Source of the DNA: Cenococcum geophilum
Taxonomy: Eukaryota
Length of the DNA stretch: 64,000 bases
Assembly (NCBI GenBank): GCA_050273025.1
Contig: CP158635.1
Coordinates: forward strand, 7,130,001-7,194,000
Direction of reading: 5' to 3'
Each line of letters opens with the position of its first letter. Within the stretch, counting starts at the first letter, position 1. The translations under genes were made by a program, and so were the position numbers. This document shows, piece after piece, positions 21,330-36,500 of this stretch. The notes under the pieces were generated by a model. The model had not been told where the DNA came from and made no database searches. It was given only the letters and a program-made list of their open reading frames with translations.

Positions 21330-24300
21330 TGTAATGGGACTAGCCCAGTTACAGTAGGAATGTCTCGGTGAAACACTTGATAGATAAATTCCGACGCTTT
21401 AACCAAAATCTGCTAGATCAATCGAATTACTAAAGTCCGTTAAAGACCGCGTACGTATGTGCGCACACATCGACCACCAAGCCCCTAACTATTTAATTAT
21501 ATGATTCTCTTGTTATTCCTTTCTCTTCTTTACGCAACGTCTTGTTCTTAGCAAGAGCTATATACCCTTAGATTTAGATAGAATTTATATCGTTCCTTTA
21601 AATCTTCCTAAAGTCTCTCCGCGCCCTTATATTACGTTGCATTAATACTAATACCCTTAAAATGGTAAACGAACTTAAATCCGCTATATTAACTATTATA
21701 GCCCTAGTTAGGGAATAAATAACTATAATATAACAGTCCTTTATAGATGCCTTAGCCCAGCAATAAACTATACTAGAAGCTTAATATTAGTAATTAATTA
21801 AAGCAATATATAAAGAACTCCATGACGCTAAAGTACTTACGTTAGAGACCCTAATAGTAACACCTATAAATAAAATCGAAATAACTATATACGAACCTAA
21901 TCTATTAAATATAAACCCCAAATTAGTAACGGCAGCTTAACCTATACCTATAACGAACCCGGTACCTACCACGAAATTTAAAAAGCTCCCTAACCCTCTA
22001 ATATTTAATAGAAATTAAAATAACCTACGTCCCTTTATAACTAAGCTCCGTTTTAAACTTTTAATAAACTATAACTAATACCCTACTAAAGCCAGCAAGA
22101 TTAGCTATAGAATATCCCGTTTAAATAAAGACGCTATATAAACTATAGACCCATTCTTCTATAATAGCACTTTTATTAATTTCAAAATTTTTATTTCTTT
22201 ACTAGAATAAACGTATAATAACGCCAGCCGTGAATACACAGCTATTACTAAACTTAAAAACCTATAATAACGGAACCAAGACTTCACTAACTTCTTTTCG
22301 GAATTTTTAGGCCTTATTGGTAAACTAGATTAGAATAAAGCCGCTAGAGTTACTGCTTTCTGCTAAGCTATTTTAGATAAAATTAGAGTATAGTTAGTAG
22401 GCAGAGAACTGCCAAAGGACTTACCCGAATTTGCTATAATATATTAACGAATTAATAAGAACCTTTAATATAATAAATAAACTCGTTCCCTAAAGCCAAC
22501 TATACCTTACGCTTAAAACTCTATAAAACTAGTATATACCCTAAAGCGCGATCCGTCTCTAAGACCTAAAAGCCCTACGTATAACCTTATGGACCTCAAT
22601 GCCACCCAATCCTATGCACCCTTAGGAACTAATAAATAAAGAATATAAGCCGCAAATAGAGAATGTTTTAGATATGGAAAAAAGGGATATATTTAAAGGG
22701 ATTGCTAAACTCACCCTTTTAAAAAGGTCTACTGTAGCTCCTCTTAGTCCTTAAGTTATACTCGTTCTATAAATTATACTTAGTCGCTATAAAGCATTTT
22801 ACCTTTAGTTAACTTAGAAAACAAATCGTCTTAGGGCTAAGTCGCGCCTTAGAATAAGAAGTAGAAGAGTATAAGTGTCTAGGCTCTTCTAGCGCTAATA
22901 CACGACACGACTCCCTTAATATACTTAGCGAAATTCAAATACTTAAAAAATAAAAGGAAGTACGAATCCTTATAGACAGCGGAGCTACTAGTATGGGCTT
23001 TATCGATATAAACTACGCAAAAACTTAACACTTAAATTTAAAGAAACTTAATAAGCCTTAAGGCCTATAAGGCTTTAATAGCAAGCCTTTAATATATAGT
23101 AAACTAATGTACTACGCTCTTATAAAGATATGGATAGGCGAACACCTTAAATATGTTTCCCTATTTATAATACCCTTAAAGTATTATAAGGTAATACTTA
23201 GATATAGATAGCTAAAACAATACAACCCTTTAATTAGCTAGGTTAAAGAAACACTAAAATTCCGTACAACCTACTGCCGAAGTTATTACTTAAAATACTA
23301 CTTGCCCTATAAACATATACACAACTATTTAAATTTAACACGATATAAATTGCCCTTACTATAAACCTTAAACTAATATAATAAAGTTATAACCGCTAAT
23401 CGCGGTAAGGAATGCGAAGATAATATATTAAAACCTCTTAAAATTCATATAATACAAGCCGCACCCTTTTATTCGTTAGTAAGAAAATAAGACTATAAGA
23501 TCTTTGCTATAACACTAAAAGATATTAAGAAGGCGTTGGAACTGAAGTAATATATTAACCCCCGACCTCTTATACCTAAAGAACATCACAATTTAATTAA
23601 TACGTTTAAGAGATAATTTATAAACCAACTACCCCCGTATTAAGATAAGCACGATTTTAAGATAGAACTTAAACCTAGTATAACGCTAAAGTTCGGCCCG
23701 TTATACGGTATGTCGTGAGAAGAGCTACTTATAATGTAATAATACCTCGAAGAGCACCTAAAGAAAGGATTTATTCGCCCTAGTTAATCACTATTTGCCT
23801 CGCCTATACTATTCGTTAAGAAACCTAGAGGAGGCTTAAGATTTTATATTAATTATCGAGCCCTAAATGCGATCACGGTTTAAAACCAATATCCAATTCC
23901 CCTACTTTAAGAAATGCTTAACTACTTAGCGAAAGCATAATACTTTACAAAGCTCGACGTAGTTGCTACCTTTAATTAAATCCGTATTTGCGAAGGAGAT
24001 AAGAAGTATACGGCTTTCTGTACATAATGGGGACTTTTTAAATACCTAGTAATGCCGTTTAGCGTAAAGAACGGTCCTGGTATATTTTAGTAATATATTA
24101 ACGATACATTTCGTGAATTTCTTAATGTATTTGTTACTGCGTATATTAATAATATCTTAATCTATTTATCTTCGCTTTTTAAATATTAGAAGTATATTTA
24201 AATAGTCCTTAAACGCCTGCGAGACGCGGGCTTATAATGCGATATTAAGAAATGCAAGTTCTATACGTCCGAAGTTACGTACTTAGGCTTAATTATATCC

Positions 24301-27285
24301 CGTAATGGAATTAAAATGGATCCTAAGAAAATCGCTATAATTATAAACTAGGAAAGTCCTAGTAGTATATAAGATATCTAAGGATTTCTAGGATTTGCAA
24401 ATTTCTACCGTTAATTTATTAATTACTTTTTAAAAATTATTTAGCTATTAATAAACTTAATAAGGAAGAACATAAGATTTAAATAGACTATTAAATGCGA
24501 ATAAGCTTTCAACAACCTAAAATATCGTTTTACGACTGCTCCAATCCTTGCCTACTTTAATCTAGACCTTAAATGTATCGTTAAAACAGACTCATCTAAT
24601 TATATACTAGGAGGGGTGTTATTGCAGTATAATAAGAACGGCAAGCTACGCCTAGTAGCCTTTCTCTCCCAGAAACTTACCCCTACTAAATTAAACTATG
24701 AGATATATAATAAGGAACTGCTTATAATTATTAGATACTTTAAATAATAGCGTCCAGAACTTAAAGGATTATTATTCCTAATACGCGTATTAATGGACTA
24801 TAAAAACCTGCAGTACTTTATAACTACGAAGCAATTAATACAGCGCTAAATTTATTAGGCTGAATACCTTTTATAATTTGACTTTAAGATTATATATTAA
24901 CCTGGCAAACTTAACTAAAAGCCTAACTTATTAATATAACAATTATAGGATTTACCTATAAACGCCTCTAACGAACGGATTACAAATTAATTACAAATTC
25001 TACTGCCCCCTAAACGCTTTAAGAAACTACGCCCTATATTCCTAGACGCGGAGCTTAATAGGAATAAATTAGAAATCGATAAGTGGGATATAGAAGTTGA
25101 TAAATTAATAGAACACGAATATAAGAATAACCCCTAGATAGTAGATATAATAAAAGCAATTTAAATAGGGAAACGGCAATATAAGGATATTACACTCGCT
25201 AAATGCGAAATCCGCAATAATCGGTTATACTATTAACAGAAGATGGTAGTCCCAAATTCCGAACCCTTACGATTTAAGATACTCGAATTCGTACACAATT
25301 CCCCTATAGTAGGGCATCCTAGTTATATAAAGACCTATAAGATTATCCAACAAGCATACTACTGGCCTATAATGTACAACTATATATAAAAATACGTCCG
25401 AGTATGTAGAATGTGCGTGCGTGGGAAGACCTCTTATATAAAGAAGTAAGGAGTACTTTAACCGTTGCTAATTCCAATATAAAGATGGCGAGATATCTTA
25501 ATTGACTTTGTAGTTAACCTACCTAACAGTAATAGGTTTACGAATGTTATAATAGTTATTAACCGTCTTATAAAAATGCGATATATAATTCCTATAGACT
25601 TAATTAATACAATATTAGTAGCCGAATGTTTTATTAAGCACGTCTTTAAGCTATATAGACTTCCTAATTTAATAATATCCAACTATAGAAGCCAGTTCGT
25701 TTTAGACTTCTAGTAAGCCCTATATAAATAATTAAGTATATAAACACGACTCTTAACTGCATTTTATCCGGAGACAGATAGTTAAACTAAAATTACAAAT
25801 GCGATTATAGAATAATACCTATAAATATACTGCTCCTACCTACAAGACGACTGGGAGAAATGGCTACTATTAGCTAAGTTTATTGCGAATAATACGAGAA
25901 ACAAATTAATAGGTATGACGCCGTTCTACGCAACCTATAGATAAGACCCTTAACTTAGATTTAAACTATAACCCGAAATTAATATAATAGGACCCATAAT
26001 TAAGAGGATTTAACTAATTAACGTATATAACTTTGCCGATTGAATAAAGCAGTTAACGGAACTATTACGAAGTAAATTAGCGTACGCTTAAATGGTATAG
26101 GAATAGTATACAAATAAAGGACGAGCTCCCGCGTAGGACTTTAAGGAAGGTAATATAGTTTACCTAAATACACGAAACCTAAAGACTTAACAACCTTTAA
26201 AGAAACTAGACTGGAAGTTTACGGGTCCGTACTAAGTTAAAAAGAAACTAAGCCTATACGCTTATAAACTTAAACTACTAACTAAGATAAAAATACATCT
26301 AACGTTTTACGTAAACTTGCTATAACCCTTAAAGGGTAAACCTATAACTCGCGAAGTACCACTACTATCTCCCATAATTATTAATAATGGCAATAGTTCT
26401 TACTTTATTAACTTAATTAATAATATATAATAGAAGATACAATCTAAATAATTTAAACTTCTTATTAAATAGGAAGGATACGAAATACAAATATGGGAAA
26501 CCTATAACTAGATTAAGACCAATACGCCTTCCCTAGTAAAAGAATTCCATAAGGACTATCCTTCGCGGCCTACTCTGGCTAGATAGATATAACATAAAAG
26601 TAAATAATTGCCACCCGACATAAATACACAAAACACGATAGTAGGAAGCTCGAAATTAAAAAAGACTTAAAATTCGTTATAATATTCGTAACACGATCAC
26701 GTAACACGTAAGATATTAAGGAACTTTAACCGCCGGTTAAAGTTGTCTAATTGGTTAGACCTGCCTTGCCAAGACCTACTATAAAGATATTAGTTCTGCT
26801 TACCGCCTTAACTAAGCTAATAGCGATTTTCTATCCTAGGGATAGAAAATCCTAATTAGTCCATTTAACGATAGAATTAGTAAAACCCTATACCGCCACC
26901 TAACGCGAAAACACGACACGCAATAAGTTATAAGTCTTAACTAAAATTAAATTATTTGGACCTTTGGCTAAAAGGGGGGGTACTATAACGGGACTAGCCC
27001 AGTTATAGTAGGAATGTCTCGGTGAAACACTTAATAGATAAATTCTGACGCTTTAACTAAAATCTGCCAGATTAATTAAATTACCGAAGTCCGTCGAAGA
27101 CTGCGTGCGTATATGCGCACGCATTAACCACCAAGCCCCTAACTATTTAATTATATAATTCTCTTATTATTCCTTTCTCTTCTTTACGCAACGTCTTGTT
27201 CTTAGCGAGAGCTATATACCCTTAGATTTAGATAGAATTTATATCGTTCCTTCGAATCTTCCTGAAGTCTCTCCGCGCCCTTATA
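21330..27285 (+). mobile_element. Full-length Ty3/Gypsy chromovirus D (RIP-inactivated)
   Basis: 302-bp LTRs 21330-21631 and 26984-27285, TSD AAAGC and PPT aaaaggggggg. Contains gag, protease LIDSGA, RT (FTKLDV, YINNILIY), RNaseH, integrase (GPY) and chromodomain. Confidence 0.95.
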
Positions 27286-27851
27286 AAAGCCACGGCTTAA
27301 TTATATAATACTCTATAAGATAGGAAGGAAGGAGCTGGCCGTAAGGGCCATTTACCTTACCTCTGCGTTCGCCCACGCATTTATAAATACTTTATTATAG
27401 CATTAGTAGACAAGGATAATTAAGGGACTACCTCCGGAGCTATGTAATTGGACTTAATTTAATACACCAGATACTTTTAAATAGGGGATAAAAACGATGT
27501 AGAGCTTATAATAGGCGATTGATTACAGCTTAGGGAGAGGTTAAATAGGACCTATAATACACTCGGAGGATTATAAGGTGTTTCTTTTATATATTAATAA
27601 GTTTATTACTAATTTAGAAAGGATCTGCTTCTGTTTTAGTGGAGTACTAAGGGGTGTAATAATAGTTCTAGAGGAGTCCTCTACGTTTATTTCCTGCTTA
27701 CATAAGCAGATTCCCTTTAGTTCCTTTTTATTAGACGGATAAGTCACTAAAAAGAACTCTAATCTATTAAAGAGGGCTTTAGAAGCTCTCTATATACATA
27801 AGGTAGGTTTAGGTAACTAAGTTAAATATTATAGGTAACTAAGATAAAACA

Positions 27852-29973
27852 AACCTTTACCACACATGCAACCTTACCAAAAGGTAGCGCCACACTCCAA
27901 AACTTACGCATACCCATCTTACCATTAAAAACAATCGATTTTCTAACTTTTAAGACCTAATTCTTACTGCCTAGCGAGCTAGAGGTGGATTTATTTGTCG
28001 TTTTACCCCCTTTCCCTAATAGAAAATTTTCTAAGGGTGGCCCTAGCTTATAAGCGAGGCATGGACAGGAATACCAAACCTACTACCACTACCACTAATA
28101 CCAAAACTACAAAATAGGGGCTAGTTTCTCTACTACCTCTTAGCCTAATCTCCCCAGAAATCTTCTAGTAGGATTAGTAAGGAGAAAAGGGTATAAGGAT
28201 AGTAAAAACTAGGAAAACCCCCTTATAAGACACAAAATGCCAAGGCCCGGTAGGCCTAAAAAGAAACCTCCTATAGAAATAAGTGATAATGAGTCTATAT
28301 CTACATTTACTTTTTCTGGCCCTTCTCCTTCTCCTGGCCTATTTAGGACAGGAGAAAAAAGAGGACATCCTTAGTCCTCTACTAAAAAAGAAAACCAAAA
28401 ACCTGTAAAAAAGACAACCAAACTGAGGACTTTTACGGCTGGTATACCTAGTATATCTTTCTCCCCCCTTTCTCCAGAATAATACCTATAAAAGGCTTTA
28501 GATAGCCTAACCTAGGCCTATAAAGGGCTAGAAGAAGAAGAAGAAGAAGAAGATAAAAAGGAACAAGTTAAATAGCTAGAGGACTATACACGTAGTATCC
28601 TAGTAGGAGAAAACCCCTTTATAAAAGGAAAAGAAAAAGAAAAGATAAAAGATGTCCTAAAAGGACTAGTTAAAGAAGTAAGAGCTCTCTGTAAGGAGGT
28701 AGCCCCTACTAAAGAAACCTACGCAGAGAGGCTAAAGAAGGACCTCCCTACTTCGTCCTCTCTATCCTCCTTATCACTACCATTTCCTACTCCTTCTACT
28801 TCTACTGAAGGTGGGAAAAAGCAGCTATAAAAAAGAAAGCTAGTCCTAATTACAGATTAAAAGGACTAACCTTTAGATACCTTCTTTATACGAAACAAAG
28901 TTAATTAACTATTTGCATTAAAACTGCAAGTAGAAAAACCTGTTTTAGCATCTATAGCTAGAACTAAGGGAAAATAAAATATCCTCCTTACGACTACGGA
29001 AGAGTATAATGCGGATTTCCTAGTTAAATATAAGGAAATCTGGCATAACTGCTTTACTTTTTAAAGAGAACAAAAACTAGAACTATAGGTTTAAATTATA
29101 GCCTATAGGGTTCCTACCCTACCTTTCCTAGGAGAAGGAGGCTCTAAGCTTCTAAAAGAAGAAATTGAGACCTTTAATCCTATAAGGTTACAAGGACTAC
29201 CTAAATAGATCTTATCTAGTGTAAAAAGACACGATCCACAGACCAGATTTGGCTCTATAGTTTTTACTATAGAAAACGAAGAAAAAAGACAAGAAATCCT
29301 TAAGCAAAAAGAGATATTAATTGCAGGTACAGCTACTAAGGTAGTAAAATACCTCGAAGTCTCTCCTACTACGCAGTGTACAAGCTGCCAAAAATTTGGC
29401 CATATAGGAGATAGGTGCTCTACTAGGGCCTACAGATACTGTGTAGCTGCATATTTATCTAAAGACTATTCCTGTTCTACCTGTATAATAATAGGTAGGC
29501 CTTACTAGCATACCACCCCTCTTTGCATTAATTGTAAAGAAAAATACTTTGCTAATAGTAAAGACTGCGAGACTCTTAAAGCTGCTAAACTAGTACGCGA
29601 AGAAGATTCTACGGAAGAATAAATCAGATAGGATTCTAGAAGGGGGTAACTCCTACTAGGCTCTTAAAATGATATTAGAGAGCAAAAGGACAGAAATAAA
29701 TTGCAAAAGGACAGGGATAGGGGTTAGGATTTCTTATAGTTTTTCTTACCATTTTCTTATTCCCTAGTAGTTATAGTATCTTAGTATTTTACTAGGAAAC
29801 TATAAACTCATAATTTAGGGGTTTATAAACTACTAGGACATAGCTATTAGTATATATTAAGCTGCCTAGAAAGGATTTATATATATAGAACTATAGCGCT
29901 ATAGCCCAAGGCTGCATGCGCAGTATTGTACGTAGTATAATACAATAGATATAATAATAATAATAATAATAAA
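27852..29973 (+). mobile_element. gag-only (ORF1-only) LINE derivative
   Basis: 11-bp TSD aagataaaaca at 27841-27851 and 29974-29984, (TAA)n tail. ORF1 ~28237-29622 has CCHC knuckles QCTSCQKFGHIGDRC...CINCKEKYFANSKDC. There is no ORF2. Confidence 0.85.
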
Positions 29974-30119
29974 AAGATAAAACAGGCAATAGAAACAGGT
30001 GGTGAGATATAGGTACTAGGTATTAAAGACAGTAGTAAAACATATAAAAATAAGGTAGTAAGTCATAAGGTAGTACCTAAGAGTGACCTTAACGGTCAAT
30101 ACACCCCCCTAGCTGCTTA

Positions 30120-30533
30120 GGGAGCGTTCGGTTGCAATCTGGAGCTTTTTCAATCTGACGTTGACCTGTGCTTTCTTCCGGCAGAAAGGACGCGTTCCTT
30201 CCTAATTTGGTACGCGTTTGTGGCTTTGTAAAAGCACGGGCGTGTGCAATCTGAAGGCTCTAGAATGAACTGAATCTGAAATCTGGAACGCAGACCTCCA
30301 GATTGAACTGACGCCAAGACCTTCATTTCAGAAGCCGTATACAGTAAAGTTGCCAACTTTTTAGTAACTTTTAGCGTGTTTTTTGGGCGGTCAGAGGAAC
30401 ATCAAAAATTTGTGGCTGAAGTCAGGTTGAACTGGAATTCAACCGAACAGTCGCCTCAGAATCAGATTGGAGCTCCAGATCAACTCCATTCTGAACTGAA
30501 TCTAAGGCCTCCAGATTGCAACCGAACGCTCCC
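30120..30533. mobile_element. PIF/Harbinger-type MITE (414 bp)
   Basis: Perfect 25-bp TIR gggagcgttcggttgcaatctggag, TSD TTA at 30117-30119 and 30534-30536, and little RIP. Confidence 0.9.
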
Positions 30534-33500
30534 TTAGTCAAGACTAAGCAGCTAGATAGAAAATAGAACGAAAAGTCATAATAGGCAATTTGGTGTTAAG
30601 TTTTAAAGGAAATCCTCTATAGTTATCTTACCTAATACCATTTAAATCAAATTAAATTAGATCCTTAATATTAATAAGATTTAACTATTAAACGAAGGCC
30701 TTATACTTCTAACGCGGTAGGGCCTTTATTAAGCCGTCTATAACTATAGTAGCTATAGGTATCTAATTAATTTTAATTTAGCTATTACGTACTTCTTAGC
30801 AAAGCTAGTAATAGTATATATTAACGTATTAAAGCTTTATAGAGAGCTCTTATCCGTCCTTTATAAGCAGTCTAATTATCTATAGATTATCGCAGCTAAT
30901 TATTTGCTCCTTATCTAAGGATAATTTAATTTCCTTAAAGAAGCAACTCTACCAAATTAACTTAGTTCCTGTATGGGACAGGGCCGTAAGCTCTACCTTT
31001 ATGCTTAACTTTATTATAAGCGTCTACTTAGTAAAGCGCTAATTAATTGCTCCTCTAAATAGGGTAAACAAATATCCTTCCGTGCTACGTCTGCTTATTA
31101 AATTGTCTCTAAACGCCGCGTTACTTGCCCCTATAAAGGCTTAACTTCCTAAATTCTCTCCTAAGTATTTAATTGCGAGAGTCCTCGTTTAATAAAGGTA
31201 TGTAATTACTTAACGGGCCGCGGCGTCGTGCAAAGGTAAGGGGTTTTGTAGGAACTCCAATAGCTTACTTAAAGCTCTAGCTATATCAGGTCTTATAATA
31301 CAGGTCGCGTAGAGTAGTAATCTAACTATCCTTTAGTAGATATAAATCTCCTACTTTAAAGCTTCCTCCGGGTTAGGTAGGAGCTTATTAGTACTTATAG
31401 GTGTACTAACTAAGCGTATATTAGTTAGATAAAATATATTAGCAATTTTCTTAATATAGGAGTCTTAATAGAGCTATAGCTTCCTCTAACTCCTATTTCT
31501 TAAGACTTAAATTCCTAGGAACTAAGACAGTTTACCTAGGTCCTTTATCTTATACTTCTTTATTAGTGCTTCCTTAAAGCTCTAGAGCTCTAATCGATTT
31601 TCTTTAGTAGAGGTAACGCAGATATCGTCCACATAGAAGAATATAATTAGTAAGTTATTGTAGTAGAGACACGGCTTACTACTAATAGGCTTTAACCCTA
31701 ATTTAACGAGTTAATTGCTGAAGTTATTATGCTAAAGATATGGCAATCGTTAAAGTCCATAAAGAGCTCTGCGTAGTAGTAGATATTTACCCTTAATAGT
31801 AAATCTATCTAGACATTTAATATAGACGATTTCGTTAATTAGGCTGTTTATAAACGCGTTAACAGCATTACCCTACCAGACGTCCAAATCGAATGCTGTA
31901 ATAATTGCTGCGAGAGCTCTAAAGACTTTAGCTGCCAAAGTTACTACATATATGTCCTTATAGATTAACTATTATAGATTACCTCTTATATAAAGTTAGG
32001 CTTTAAATTTTATCGGGTATCCGTCTATATCTATTTTATAGGTAAATACCTAGGTAATAGATACCGTTTTAATTAGTGGTGTCTTATCTACGGCTTTAAA
32101 CGTTCCACAATTGTCTAGGTCTGTATACTCCTTTATAGCAGCTGCTAGGAACTCTACTTTATACTAGTAAGTTAGCAGCTCCTTCCAATTCTTAGATAGA
32201 GGTGGAAGCTTATCGCGATATATTTTCCTTTAATATTTAAGCCCTATATAAAAGGCTGCTTAAAATAGTTAGAAGGTGTCTACCTCTTTAAAGTAAGTTA
32301 AATAGGCTTCATTTCGCTTTATTAGCTTCTTTAATCTTCCTTATATAATATTATCCTTAGAGACCTTAGCTAAGTTTTTCTTCTTTAACTCCTCCAAGTT
32401 AATTTTAATGTACTTAAAACTAGGGCGTTAACAGGTAGATAGAGTGGAGGATCTTAAGGTGTTTAAGAAGCTTAAAATAGTAGGAATTAATTAAGGTTCT
32501 AGCGTTAATTCTAGTGTAGGAAGGCTAGGTAGAGGATCATTCTTTAAGGTGTCTGCTATAACTAAGTCATCAGCTTAAGTCTCTGGCTGCTTACAATTGA
32601 CAATTTATCTTAAATTTCCACTAGAATCCATCTGTAGATCTTAATTAGTGTCCATACAAATTTTATTAAAAATCTTATTATCCTTATTTAAGTCCTCTTA
32701 AAGCGTTCTATTGGGGTTAATCACATTAATCACCTCTAGTATTTAATCGGCCTTTTCTTAAAGCAAATTTACAAGATTTAGCTAGCTGTTATTATAGACG
32801 AGCCGCTTATTAAACATAATGTCTCTCGTTTAAATAACCTTCTTTTCGCTTAGTATATATATTTAAAAGATGTTTATTAAATTATACCCTACTAGATACC
32901 TAATATAGGCTCTAGAAGTAAGTTTTTAAGTGCGTAGAATATTATACTTAAGTAGATAGGCTCTACAGCCATAGGCGCGTAGGTGAGCTATATTCGGCTT
33001 AGTTAGTAATAGGCCTATTACTAATTAAAGCTTTTTAAAAGGTATCTTCCAGTTAAGCCGTCAGCTTAGTGTCCTATTTATTATATACGCTACTACTTTA
33101 AAAACTTTAGGCCAGAGTTCTTCTAGTAGTTATGCTTTAATTCGCATACATTAAGACTTTATTATAATTACCCCCTTAGAACGTTCCGCAGGACCGTTCT
33201 ATTCTAGTATACTTAGAGCTAAGTACTTTACCGTAATACCCTTTTCGGCTATCCAGTCATCGAATTTATTTTTAAGCAATGACTTATTATTAATATAAAT
33301 TATAGCGACTTTAAAGCCGTAGCGTCGCTTAACTACATTACAATACTTAATAATTACTTAGGTGGTTAATAACTTCTACGCAAATATCTTAACCTTATTT
33401 ATTTAAACTAAATTATTAAGGAAATAGATCGCGTACTTATATCCATTATAGGCTTTAATTCCCTAAATTAAATCTACATATATACGGAAGAAAGGCCTTA

Positions 33501-36500
33501 TTACCTTATCTATAGGTATCCTTCTTAATATAAACTTATAAGCCTTACTAACTACATAAATCTTACATTTAATTATCGTAGGGCCTTATAGAATCGCCTC
33601 ATTCACTTCTTTAGGCAATCTCTTAATTATAGCACTTTCTGCATGTCCAAGTCAACTATGCTAAAGCCGTCCGTCTACCTTTTAATTCGGTAAAGGTTCC
33701 GTTAATTTAGCCGTAAAGGACGCGTTCTCTGTCCTAGGCTTTAATTTATTATATTTAAGGGTTATCTAACTATAGTAATATCCACAATATGCGAACTTCT
33801 CGCCACCGCGACGGTAGAGGTAGTTGCCCTTATTATGCCAAAAGACACCTTTTTTATTAAGTCTTTGATTACAGACTAGATTTATATAAAATCCCAATAT
33901 ATACGCAGCCTTATTTAGATAAATCTTCTGCTTTCCTAATAGGGTAATAACTGTGACTTTAGCTGTTCTAAAGCCTTTAATAGTTTCCGTACCGGATCCT
34001 ATATATAACTAATTACTAGCCGGTTAAATATCACCTATAAACCTCGCTTGGTTATTAATAACATATAGGGTCGTTATAGGGTTAAGAATTATACTATTAT
34101 AGAGAGCGTAATTAGATGCGATATAAGCTCCAGCTTAATTAACTGCGAAGCTTCCATATAGTTTATTAGGTAAGCTCTTCTACTCTACATTATCTAACTT
34201 CTTATTAGATAAGGCTTTGTTCCTTAACTAATTAATTATAACCTTAAATTCGGGTAAAGCCTTAGTAAGCTTCTGCTCTACTAACTGTATTTTTAAGTTG
34301 TTTGGTTTCTAACCCAATGGATAAATTAACTTAATAAGGTAGAAGCATTTCCTCTACGGGTGTAGAAATCCGCATAGGTATAGCTTTATCTATTCCTTAT
34401 CTATCCTTCTTAAAGATTTAGCTTCTGGTTTAGTTTCCAATTTATCTTCTAATTTAGGCTTATTAATTGGCTCTTCCTTAAAGCTTACTATATAGGAGCC
34501 TTGCTGGCTTCTTGCCTTCTAAGCTAAGTCTAATTAACGATAATTTCGATAGACCTCGATGATGACTTAAAGGGTAGGTAGTTTTTCCTTCTTCCTCTTA
34601 AGGTTCTATAATTTGTTTTTTTAGTATTCTAACCATCTTAATAAGGCAGACTTGATAGTATACACGAAGTCCTTAACTAGTCAATCGCTATCTACCTTAG
34701 GTAGTTTAACCTTCTTGCAATCGTTATATACCTTTTCCTACTTATAGAGCCACTTCTCGATATTCTAACTCTTTAGGGCTTTCTTTATTTTTAAATATTA
34801 GGTAGCTAAGTTAACTTTCCAAGTATTATTAGTTAGGGTAATAGCCTGCTTAAGTAATATAAGGATATTATAGACGGTATTTCCTTTAAAGGTGTAGTTG
34901 ATATAGTTATAAGAAATAGTGCTAATAATATAGGTGCGTAGAGACTTAAGGGCTGCTTCCTCTTTCTTATACCGCTTATAAGCACAGTTGTACTATTTTT
35001 ATAAAGCTTAAAGCTCTTCCTTTTCGCCTTTATTAAGGGCTAAGAACGTAGTCTTCTAAGGATTAACTACTAATGGTAATGGCTCTAATGGTGCTTTGTG
35101 TCTAGGTAGATTATTTTTCTTAATATCTAGATTAATGTACTCCTATATATTCTTACCGTCGGCTCTATACTTAATAACACCAATCTATTAGTCCTAATTG
35201 TTTAAGCCTGCTAGGATTATAGTATACGTCGTAATAAGGGTTTCGGATTATTAAGAGGACATTTTAAGGCCTCTACTGTTTAGTTAACGATTGGGTAATT
35301 AGGGTTTTAAATTAAAGATAATGTAGTAGATGGTCTAGGCTTATAACTGTCGGACGGATAAGTCACTAAGAAGAACTCTAATCTATTAAAGAGAGCTCTA
35401 GAAGCTCTCTATATATATAAGGTAGGTCTAGGAAACTAAGTCAAATATTATAGGCAACTGAGACAAAACAGGCAATAGAAATAGGTGGTGAGATATAGGT
35501 ACTAGGCATTAAAGATAGTAGTAAGACATATGAGAACAAGGTGGTGAGTTATAAGGTGGTACCTAAGAGTGACCTTAACGGTCGACACTTTTTGGACGAC
35601 GTCCATAAGCAACCACTTATAACTCCTAGGTATAGGCCTATATAAAGGCCTATATTCGTCGTAGATAGATTTAATAGATTTATATTTGTTCATTTTTATC
35701 CTCAGATCCAGTTTATCAGATCCCGGCGATACCATGCTACCTTAGACTTGCGGAAAACTAGTAATAAAAGTGTCACTAAGTACTAGGAGATACTAAGTTG
35801 CGTCTATTATATAGAACAACCGCGTTTACAAAGATTTGGTCGAGTACTTTAGGTTAGAGGCATTACTAAACCTAAGGTCCCAAGTTAATAACCAAAACGC
35901 GTTAAACAACCACGTTTACGAAGATTTGGTTAAGTACTTTAGGTTAGAAGTATCACTAAACCTAAGGTCCCAAGTCAACGTCCGAAACGTGTCGACTACA
36001 TCTCAAATTGCCTACCTTTTAATAGTAAACCTACAAGATCCTACAAAACCGAAAATCCTACCTACCTTCGACGTACGACACCCCGTCAATTCTACACCTA
36101 CCATAGCGTTAACCTACCCGAAGAAGTATAAGAACGACATTAACCCAGAGACATGGAATAGAGACATTAACCTTGCAACCGCTAAGCAATAGGACTTAAA
36201 CGGATTCCTATTATACCATATAGCATACTACAAAGACAGCGAATACGAGGATACTATGCTATAGTATTGCATAAAGGAGGACTTTGTTAGATGGATAAAG
36301 GAAACATAGGCTCTTGCGAAGAAGGTTATCGTATAAGACTTCCGTAACTTCCTTTAGGAGAATAGAGTATTTGTCCCTATAGATGGGGGTATTATTAAAA
36401 ATAATATTCAGGAGTATGTTATTAACGCAAAAGAAGAGCATAAATAGACTCTATAAGAGATTAAGCACTAAAAGAAGCTTAGCTTACGCTAGAATCTAAG

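Larger units (their letters stand above)
27729..35587 (-). mobile_element. Full-length Ty1/Copia element C (RIP-inactivated)
   Basis: LTRs 35348-35587 and 27729-30101 (split by a LINE derivative), TSD CTTTT. Minus-strand gag, protease, integrase (NGPAERS), RT (FYVDDI) and RNaseH. Confidence 0.92.
18328..35718 (+). mobile_element. Copia element B (internally deleted; gag and protease only)
   Basis: TSD GATCC at 18323-18327 and 35719-35723. 5' LTR 18328-18882 (with an insertion); 3' LTR 27657-27728 plus 35593-35718. Gag zinc knuckle C..CKKRH.GGEDYC and protease-like *IANSCLNIYICND. Confidence 0.85.
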
